Shown in pieces: positions 57,302 through 64,000 of a DNA stretch of 64,000 bases (position 1 is its first letter; every line of letters starts with the position of its first letter). Below the pieces are notes generated by a model that ran no database searches, was not told the DNA's origin, and saw nothing but the letters and a program-made list of their open reading frames with translations. A program made the translations under genes and the position numbers. The stretch is taken from IMG/VR virus record IMGVR_UViG_2595698524_000001, positions 32,001 through 96,000 of that record; one strand, given 5' to 3'. This DNA comes from a virus (Duplodnaviria; Caudoviricetes).

Positions 57302-58090
57302 ATGTTTAAATTCGAACCTACTGACATTCTGCACAACATCGACAACAACGCACTGGAAAACAACTATGCGGTTAACTGGGAAGCGCTCGACGCTGCTGGT
57401 TTCCGCTTCGACGCCTACAAAGGCGAGAAAGAAGGTACCGAGTATCTGCTCATCGTCGCCGGTCGCAACGTGGGTATGATTACGCGCACTAAAGGTGTGG
57501 TCGAAGCGATTCGTGTGGCTGACGACGCACAATCTCGTCAGGCGCTGGAAACTCTGATTGAGAAGAATCTCGATTGGCGCTTCTACGAGAACGGTAGCTT
57601 AGGCTATACCGTGCAAAAACCACGCGCTTTCCTGAGCCGTCTGTTCGGTAAGAAAGCATCCAATATCGCCGCTGTTAAAGAAGAGGTAAATGCACAATTG
57701 AAAAACGCACAGGAAAAACTGGCTAAAGCCAAAGAAGCGTTAAAAGACGATACTTCTCCTGAAGCAGCTGCGGCTGCAGAAGCAGTTGAAGGTTTAACGC
57801 AGGTTGTACAGGCGATGAGTGACGACGTTAACTCGCCGGAAGTCAAAGCGGAAGAAAGCCAGAGTGAACCTAAGCGCAACCTGTCTATGGCAGTGGCTGC
57901 GATTAATCACAACGGCCAACCGCTGGCTGACCGTCTGGCGGCAATGCGTCTGCTCGTCGATATGGAAGAGTTCGCTAACGACCCACAACTGCCTGCACTG
58001 CGTGTCAACCTTGGCCAATCGGTGATGGTGAAAGTGGAAGTCGAAGTAGAAATTCCTAATCCGGATGCGGTCGCCGCATCTGCGAACTAA
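57302..58090 (+). CDS. Hypothetical protein with amphipathic helix and coiled coil
   Basis: AFLSRLFGKK followed by A/E/K-rich helix; optimal codons. Confidence 0.78.
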   Translation: MFKFEPTDILHNIDNNALENNYAVNWEALDAAGFRFDAYKGEKEGTEYLLIVAGRNVGMITRTKGVVEAIRVADDAQSRQALETLIEKNLDWRFYENGSLGYTVQKPRAFLSRLFGKKASNIAAVKEEVNAQLKNAQEKLAKAKEALKDDTSPEAAAAAEAVEGLTQVVQAMSDDVNSPEVKAEESQSEPKRNLSMAVAAINHNGQPLADRLAAMRLLVDMEEFANDPQLPALRVNLGQSVMVKVEVEVEIPNPDAVAASAN

Positions 58091-58095
58091 GAATA

Positions 58096-58123
58096 AGGGG
58101 CTCCGGCCCCTTTTCTTTTTTTG
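58096..58123 (+). terminator. Intrinsic terminator
   Basis: AGGGGC-TCCG-GCCCCT plus T-run. Confidence 0.8.
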
Positions 58124-58160
58124 CCCTTTGATATGTATCCCTCAACCTCCGAGACAAACT

Positions 58161-59213
58161 ATGGACCTTTTAGACCATGACTTGGACAGAGACTTTGCCG
58201 TACTGTCGGAAGACTTCGAAACAGTGCTGGCACTCGAGTCCTTAGGCGTTAAGCCGCATGACGTAGCACTGCTCACCATTGCTAACCGTTGGGTTGCTCG
58301 CGAGTATTACGGCGAAGGTGGCGTTGCATTAGGTAAACGTATCACGAAAGATGCGGCGAAAGCCGCACTCCGTGGTGCGGCAACTGGCACTAAGAAACTT
58401 TCATCACATTTGGCCAATACTTTTATGGAGTGGGCTAAAGCACGCGACGGACAAATCCGCGCGAAGCTTGCCGACGCCACATCGAAGGGCGAAACCCTCC
58501 GGGGTAAAACGGCTAAACTCCAATCGCACGTTCTCGGTTTGAAGTCGCTCAATAAGCACGACGTGAAAACCGGGAGCTGGACCTCCAAAGTTTGTCAGGA
58601 AGATAAGGTCAATGTACAAGCATGCATTCAATTGGCTCATGGCCATGCTAGTCTCGACGATATTGTCGAAGCCTATACCGTATTCACCAAATCCGTTCTC
58701 AAGGGTCCGGCCAAACGTGAAGGTAATGGGCTTACCAAACTCGGCCACTCCACCGCCAGCGCTGTAAAACGTGCCTCAGGCATTCTCGGCTTATTGCACA
58801 CCAAATCCGTTGATGGGTATCCACTGCCCGGTAACGTCTTTGTTGTGGTGTCTAATCCCGGCACCCGCACTGAGCGTGTACAGTTCGCTGTAGCCCGTGA
58901 TGGTGAATATGGCGACACTGTCCCGTCGTTATCCTTGCAGCAGTGTAAGGACGCGTTAAATGCCGCAGAGACGCTCAGTAAAGCTATCTATCAGCGCGGT
59001 ACGAAACGTGGCGTATTTTCCTACAGCGGCATTTACGACAACATCCAATCTATTGAGGGTGAACTCGACCGCGACGACATTTCCAATCGTGAAGTGCATG
59101 AGATTACTCAGCGCTACAAAAACGCGATTGAAATCGAGGATGCCATTACCACGGCGTTGGTACGTGTAACCGAAGGGTTGCTGGAATACGTCCAGCGTTC
59201 AATCAAATCCTAA
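58161..59213 (+). CDS. Internal head protein, distant paralog of 20802/22169 family
   Basis: ALES site; LPGNVFV vs LPGNAYI; VPSL and GLLEYV segments; late TATG at 58132. Confidence 0.62.
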   Translation: MDLLDHDLDRDFAVLSEDFETVLALESLGVKPHDVALLTIANRWVAREYYGEGGVALGKRITKDAAKAALRGAATGTKKLSSHLANTFMEWAKARDGQIRAKLADATSKGETLRGKTAKLQSHVLGLKSLNKHDVKTGSWTSKVCQEDKVNVQACIQLAHGHASLDDIVEAYTVFTKSVLKGPAKREGNGLTKLGHSTASAVKRASGILGLLHTKSVDGYPLPGNVFVVVSNPGTRTERVQFAVARDGEYGDTVPSLSLQQCKDALNAAETLSKAIYQRGTKRGVFSYSGIYDNIQSIEGELDRDDISNREVHEITQRYKNAIEIEDAITTALVRVTEGLLEYVQRSIKS

Positions 59214-59216
59214 ATA

Positions 59217-59242
59217 AAGGGGCTTCGGCCCTTTTATTTTTT
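59217..59242 (+). terminator. Intrinsic terminator
   Basis: AAGGGGC-TTCG-GCCCTTT plus T-run. Confidence 0.7.
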
Positions 59243-59264
59243 TAATACATGAAGGTGTCCTTAT

Positions 59265-59741
59265 ATGGGCGAAATACGAGATGTCGAATTTGTGGTGTTT
59301 ACGGATATGGAGAGTGGTCTGTATCGCCAGCTTGAACCGCAACTTTTGAAGTTGCAGGAAGAGTTAACAAAGCAGGAGCTGACATCTAGCTTCGCCGCTT
59401 TAGGGATTGACATGGGTGACTTTACCATCCCGCCCGTGAATCCGGGTTGGTGGAAAGGTTCCCTGTTGGTTGCTTACAATGAAGACCGTGTCCATGGGAT
59501 GCTTAGCATTCGTCCAGACACCTCGGCTGAGCAGGCTAAGATTACCAATGTCATCGTCCATCGAGACTCTCGCGGGTTTGGTATTGCAACGGAGCTTATG
59601 AACCGTGCGACTGAACAAGCAAAGGGTGAAGGGTTTACTACCGTCACTTTGGATGTGATGCACGACAACACAATTGCTGAAGAGTTCTATCGGAAGTTGG
59701 GTTACGCGCAGCTCACCAAAAAGATGTTTAAATACCTTTAA
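59265..59741 (+). CDS. GNAT acetyltransferase (RimI-like)
   Basis: VIVHRDSRGFGIATELM; LDVMHDNTIAEEFYRKLGY. Confidence 0.88.
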   Translation: MGEIRDVEFVVFTDMESGLYRQLEPQLLKLQEELTKQELTSSFAALGIDMGDFTIPPVNPGWWKGSLLVAYNEDRVHGMLSIRPDTSAEQAKITNVIVHRDSRGFGIATELMNRATEQAKGEGFTTVTLDVMHDNTIAEEFYRKLGYAQLTKKMFKYL

Positions 59742-59799
59742 GTTCAATAAAAACAATAAGTTACTGTAGTATGGATACGCAAGCAGAGGAGTTTTTGGT

Positions 59800-60432
59800 A
59801 TGGTTTGTATTAAAAACGCTGTTGCAAGCGAAGGACGCCGCTACACCTTTAAAGTTAAGCGCTATTCGCTACCAGTTCATCTAGGCTGGACTGCCGTGCG
59901 GTTGTGGGGTAGGATTTGGAACCTCCCGCCCGGTTTGACTCGCCACCTCGAAGTGGAGTATATCGACCGTGTCTTTCGAGACGGTCCATCTCCACAGCTC
60001 CGTAACTTTGAATCCGTCTGCGCGTTACGTCCTACTGGGCAGACTACAGACGCGACAAAGCCGGGGGTGTATTGGGACGGCGCTAACCTTTTTCACGTTG
60101 GTCGAAAATGCTCTAAACCCAGTGTTACCGAAGTGATAGTGGAAACCGAAAAACAACGCTTCATTGGAATCGAAATCGCAGTCGAGAAAGACGGGGCCGA
60201 GTTACGGTATCAACTACTTACTGATAAGGACGTGGATATTAGGACGTTCTACAAATATCTCTTATTTCAGAAGCACCGTATTTCGGTGCGCGGCGTATCT
60301 GGCGCGTTTGGTAATTTCGCCACGATGCGTTTTGGACGTGATAAACGTTTGGAGGGTGAATGTATTACCACGAACTTAGACGGTACACGACTGCGCTTGC
60401 CGCAGCCCGAACCGCAAAAGATAACAGCCTAG
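59800..60432 (+). CDS. Hypothetical protein
   Basis: GAGGAG SD. Confidence 0.7.
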   Translation: MVCIKNAVASEGRRYTFKVKRYSLPVHLGWTAVRLWGRIWNLPPGLTRHLEVEYIDRVFRDGPSPQLRNFESVCALRPTGQTTDATKPGVYWDGANLFHVGRKCSKPSVTEVIVETEKQRFIGIEIAVEKDGAELRYQLLTDKDVDIRTFYKYLLFQKHRISVRGVSGAFGNFATMRFGRDKRLEGECITTNLDGTRLRLPQPEPQKITA

Positions 60433-60731
60433 CCGATGTCAAGGCTGCACTGGAGTCGATTGAGAACCCCCCGATTGTTATTCTGCAGGAGCGGAAAATC
60501 GGACGGTCTACTCAGGCGCATCTGCGTGTGGCTATCGGTAATGACTGTTTTCACTTGCGTTGCGTTATCAGCGAGCTTGCGTTTGCGATAATGCGTTCGA
60601 GTGTGAGTATCGATGGCACGAGAAAAGAGTGGTGCTGGAATAACAAACCAGTGGACTTTAAATTTGATGCAACAGACGAAGAACGTCAGACGCTGCATTC
60701 GTTTATAGCCGCAATCATTAACGCGTTATAG
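60360..60731 (+). CDS. Hypothetical protein
   Basis: GGAGG SD; overlaps the upstream gene. Confidence 0.6.
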   Translation: MYYHELRRYTTALAAARTAKDNSLADVKAALESIENPPIVILQERKIGRSTQAHLRVAIGNDCFHLRCVISELAFAIMRSSVSIDGTRKEWCWNNKPVDFKFDATDEERQTLHSFIAAIINAL

Positions 60732-60739
60732 GTGCTGTT

Positions 60740-61342
60740 ATGATTTTAGAATCTCTTTTACGAATTACCAGAGCTCGCTTTAAAGAATCTGGGAAGTTGC
60801 CTGCACACGTGACTATCCGTCGTCACGGTTTTGAGCGTAAGTATCACATCACAACTATCGTGGCTATCGCCTCCCGTATCGCCGGTAAGAAGCGTACGAT
60901 TGGCGTTAGTGATGAACAGAACGCGGCGTGCATGATCCGTATTGCCAGTCGTGAAATGTATAAGTACCGCAAACAGTCCCCGGTCGCTTGCTGGGCTTTG
61001 CGCGATGTCGAAAAAACTCCGTTGCCTGCGGCGGCACGTGTTATCGACCTGCGTGAAGACTATTGCAACGTCGAAGGTCTGGTGCTTGACCGCTTAATGC
61101 GTGTCATTAAAGCCGACCAGTCAGGTGAGTGTTCGCAACAGCACGGTGTCGCGGCAGTTCAAAAGCTGCTGGAAACGGACATCATCATTGTTAACACCCC
61201 GCTCGAATCTGCACGTATGCAAGATTACCTTGCTCGTCGTGTTCTCAAGCCGGTCGTGGTAACAGGGGAAGAAATCGCGGGTTACTACGACGCGCCGGTT
61301 ACAAAGGGCGAGTGGAGTAAACCCACTGTAGCGTACGGTTAA
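60740..61342 (+). CDS. Hypothetical protein
   Basis: 200 aa in operon. Confidence 0.7.
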   Translation: MILESLLRITRARFKESGKLPAHVTIRRHGFERKYHITTIVAIASRIAGKKRTIGVSDEQNAACMIRIASREMYKYRKQSPVACWALRDVEKTPLPAAARVIDLREDYCNVEGLVLDRLMRVIKADQSGECSQQHGVAAVQKLLETDIIIVNTPLESARMQDYLARRVLKPVVVTGEEIAGYYDAPVTKGEWSKPTVAYG

Positions 61343-61346
61343 TAAA

Positions 61347-61994
61347 ATGCAAAAGCCTTTTGTTATTGCTATAGGCGGTCCCGATTATGGTGGGAAGTCT
61401 ACTTTTTGTAAGTCAGTAACGGAACTACTGGCCGCGTCTGGGTACAAAGCAGTGACTATCGGTTTCCCTAGCACGACTGAGCTAGGTCTGGCTGCCCGTG
61501 AATCTATCCGGGCAGGTGAGCCTGCTGAAGTGCAAGCGGCGAAACTGATAGCCGACTTCAAATCGCACCTGAACACGTTCGGGAAAAGCGATGCGGATGT
61601 CATCCTTCTTGACCATTTCGTTATCTCAACGATTATGCATCAGGGGGACGCTGGAAAAGCGGCTGTCTTTAACAGTGCGATACTGCGCCACAACTACGCC
61701 CCGTCAGTCTTCGTGGAAATTACCTGCGACTACGAGACAATGCTTCAACGTGCGAAAGCGCGCTTCGAAGAGAAGGGTGAAACGTGGGACGATGTGTTGA
61801 CTGCGAAATACACCGCGTCACCGGAGAAGTGGGAAGCCTTAGTGCAGCGAAGTGAATTCGCCCACCGTATAGTCACCGAATCAGGAGAACGTCGTGAGTG
61901 GATTCGTCTGAGTCCACATTGGCAAACCAGCGATGCGTTGCAGCTGGTCCTGAAGTTGGTGAATACGTTTGAGCACGAACGCCAGCCTGCTTAA
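61347..61994 (+). CDS. tmk: Thymidylate (dNMP) kinase
   Basis: P-loop GGPDYGGKST, FP..TELG, VILLDHFVISTIMHQG. Confidence 0.8.
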   Translation: MQKPFVIAIGGPDYGGKSTFCKSVTELLAASGYKAVTIGFPSTTELGLAARESIRAGEPAEVQAAKLIADFKSHLNTFGKSDADVILLDHFVISTIMHQGDAGKAAVFNSAILRHNYAPSVFVEITCDYETMLQRAKARFEEKGETWDDVLTAKYTASPEKWEALVQRSEFAHRIVTESGERREWIRLSPHWQTSDALQLVLKLVNTFEHERQPA

Positions 61995-62003
61995 GATGTG
62001 CGT

Positions 62004-62038
62004 CCTGACTTCGGTCAGGACGTCATCAATTATTTTTT
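62004..62038 (+). terminator. Intrinsic terminator
   Basis: TCCTGAC-TTCG-GTCAGGA then T-rich. Confidence 0.7.
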
Positions 62039-62040
62039 CA

Positions 62041-62061
62041 GATATATTTTATTTTGATGAA
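62041..62061 (+). promoter_or_regulatory. Putative early promoter
   Basis: GATATATTTTATTTTGATGAA matches the 21-nt motif. Confidence 0.55.
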
Positions 62062-62109
62062 AATAACATGGTATCGCCATGCTATGCCGAAGAACCGTGG
62101 AGCTTTAAA

Positions 62110-62967
62110 ATGAAAACCGTGGAATTAACTTTGTCCCATTTACATCGCAGTGAATGGATTAAGCAACTGAATGCGATGTCCGATAAGTACCCTGTTCGTA
62201 AGACGTTACTCGACATGAAAAAGAAAGACGTCAAGATTGCGATACAGGTAACAGACGATAAAAAGCTCCTTGCCTTTTTAGCCATGATGGACGGCGTACA
62301 GGAAGGCGACGCTGTGGGTCTGTGCTTCGGCAATGCGCCAGCCGCTACCGCTGATTTTGCTGGAGAGGCCATGCGCCTTTTCAACTACAAGGTACTGCGT
62401 ATGCAAGTACCACAGAAACACTTCCACCCAGAAGCAGAACGTCTGGGCATCCTGAAGAACTTTACCATGCTGCATCGTCGTGGCGTGTATGACGGTGAAC
62501 CGGTTGAAGATGTTGAACTGGTAAGTGGGGAAATATTCCCGTCAGTAGATGCGCGTGACATTGTTAAGATGCGTGACTTACTGACGTATGCGGTGAGCGT
62601 GGAGGAGAAATTCGACCGCTTAGGCCGTGACCACTTAAGTCACTATAGCAGCCAGCATGTGATTGGGCGTATGGAGAGCTTTGGCTTCTTTGCGCTTGTC
62701 CATCGCTGTGAAGGGGAAGTGGTGGGGATGATTACGGCACAAGCCGGGTCAGAGTTTATAGAAATTAATGGCTTGGCGGTGGCAGCAGAACACCAACGCA
62801 AAGGCATTGGCACCAAACTGGTAAAAGGTCTGATGCATCTGGTCAAAGAGTATTACGACCAGACCGCTGCAATGGTCTTTACCAATAACGTAGGTTCGAT
62901 TGCTCTGTTTGAAAAATTAGGATTCGTTGAAGAGTCCGCCCTATTCATGAAAATCATTGAGGATTAA
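62110..62967 (+). CDS. Tandem-domain GNAT acetyltransferase
   Basis: C-domain LAVAAEHQRKGIGTKLV...NVGSIALFEKLGF; degenerate N-domain; TGGAGCT SD. Confidence 0.82.
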   Translation: MKTVELTLSHLHRSEWIKQLNAMSDKYPVRKTLLDMKKKDVKIAIQVTDDKKLLAFLAMMDGVQEGDAVGLCFGNAPAATADFAGEAMRLFNYKVLRMQVPQKHFHPEAERLGILKNFTMLHRRGVYDGEPVEDVELVSGEIFPSVDARDIVKMRDLLTYAVSVEEKFDRLGRDHLSHYSSQHVIGRMESFGFFALVHRCEGEVVGMITAQAGSEFIEINGLAVAAEHQRKGIGTKLVKGLMHLVKEYYDQTAAMVFTNNVGSIALFEKLGFVEESALFMKIIED

Positions 62968-62970
62968 TTA

Positions 62971-63828
62971 ATGGAATATGCACTGTTAGATGTCACCAGT
63001 AACGACCCGATGCCGCTGGTACCGGAAGAAATGCAGCATGCTATCGTTGGCATGACAATGCAAGGCGGTAAGGTTTTCGTTGCTGAAGATAAAGAAGCCG
63101 GCGAAGTCCGCGGTATTCTTGGTGTATTCCCTTCCTACATTCCGACTGCGCTGGAAATCGGGATGATGTACACGTTCGGCGATGAGAACGCTATCACGCC
63201 GGAATTCATTAAGCACGTGCTCACCACGCTGGAGTGCGATACGTTACGTTGTCAGATGCGTGATGACCCTTCCCGTGAAATGGTGGCGGCTCTGGGCTTT
63301 AAGCAGGAAACCACTATCTACGCAACTGACCTCGCGGACGGCGACACCGAAGCGGATATCGTGTCTGTTGCCGGTGATAAGTTCGATTACCTGACGCCCG
63401 AGCAGGTTGAGCAGATTCGCATGCTCATTCGCGTCGGTGGGGCTGAAGAAGCTTCCTTTACAGGTAAGCCACATACCCCGTCCGATGAAGACATCGAAAT
63501 CATGCTGCAGACCGTCAAAGATGCACAGGTCGATTTGCTGCTGCGGATTATCGATGAGAAGGTCGTTGGGTTGTTGGCCGTAGAACCCTGCCCGGGCCAT
63601 GCGACTATTACTTGCTTGACGGTACACCCTGAATATCGTTTACAGGGTATCGGTCGTAAGCTGGTGAATCGTGCGGCGATTGAGTACATCCGCAATGACG
63701 GCGAACTGCTACTGGCAAACGTAATGGAATGCACTCCGCATCTGAAAGAGTTTGCCTACTCGATCAAGATGGTGCCGGTTGCTACAGTTCACAAATTCGT
63801 TCTGCTGGAGGAGAAGGAGGCAGCATGA
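62971..63828 (+). CDS. Tandem-domain GNAT acetyltransferase
   Basis: LTVHPEYRLQGIGRKLV; N-domain VFVAEDKEAGEVRG...ALGFK. Confidence 0.82.
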   Translation: MEYALLDVTSNDPMPLVPEEMQHAIVGMTMQGGKVFVAEDKEAGEVRGILGVFPSYIPTALEIGMMYTFGDENAITPEFIKHVLTTLECDTLRCQMRDDPSREMVAALGFKQETTIYATDLADGDTEADIVSVAGDKFDYLTPEQVEQIRMLIRVGGAEEASFTGKPHTPSDEDIEIMLQTVKDAQVDLLLRIIDEKVVGLLAVEPCPGHATITCLTVHPEYRLQGIGRKLVNRAAIEYIRNDGELLLANVMECTPHLKEFAYSIKMVPVATVHKFVLLEEKEAA

Positions 63829-64000
63829 TTGTTGCAGGACACAAATCGGATCTCCCGTTAGTAGTCTGGGAGAGTGCAAGCAAGAAAATGCCGGATGAGC
63901 TTCTCCGGCAGTCTCGTTTCCCTAACGTCAAGTTCATTATTGAAACCGACGACGACGGGGAAGTGATTGCTTTTGCCGCTGGCGAGTCGACGATGGTTTA
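63825..64000 (+). CDS. Partial ORF, probably another GNAT-fold paralog
   Basis: ATGA coupling, AAGGAGG SD; FIIETDDDGEVIAFA resembles GNAT beta2-beta3. Confidence 0.5.
   Translation, partial: MIVAGHKSDLPLVVWESASKKMPDELLRQSRFPNVKFIIETDDDGEVIAFAAGESTMV

Noticed and set aside
1-64000. Introns, inteins, homing endonucleases, IS elements or alternative genetic code
   Set aside because: Core ORFs are uninterrupted and of plausible size with standard stops; no HNH/LAGLIDADG/intein motifs noticed by eye.

Overview
This is a gene-dense, roughly 50% GC segment of a phiKZ-related, nucleus-forming jumbo myophage (Chimalliviridae). Gene order most resembles my recollection of Salmonella phage SPN3US and related Erwinia phages, so the host is probably enterobacterial. 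Core genes run in this order: the end of an nvRNAP beta' subunit, SF2 helicase, virion RNAP beta' middle subunit, split family-B DNA polymerase, a head/inner-body protein block with A-x-E-S protease sites, baseplate genes, DnaB, major capsid protein, nvRNAP beta subunit, portal and RuvC. An accessory region follows with a lysozyme-fold enzyme, a SLOG protein, PhoH, dTMP kinase and 4-5 GNATs. The SPN3US/phiKZ gp numbers come from synteny and memory, not from a search. The most notable unexplained signals are: (1) a probable programmed -1 frameshift (T TTT TTC at 4951-4957) fusing a Zn-finger tail-chaperone-like ORF to a start-less downstream ORF; (2) a promoter-driven non-coding cassette at 29853-30030 (hairpin, G4AG5-T6 tract, GNA-loop ssDNA hairpin) that looks like an R-loop-primed replication origin or a structured RNA; (3) three promoter classes readable directly from sequence; (4) NPF-repeat, MgrB-like and amphipathic-helix proteins.
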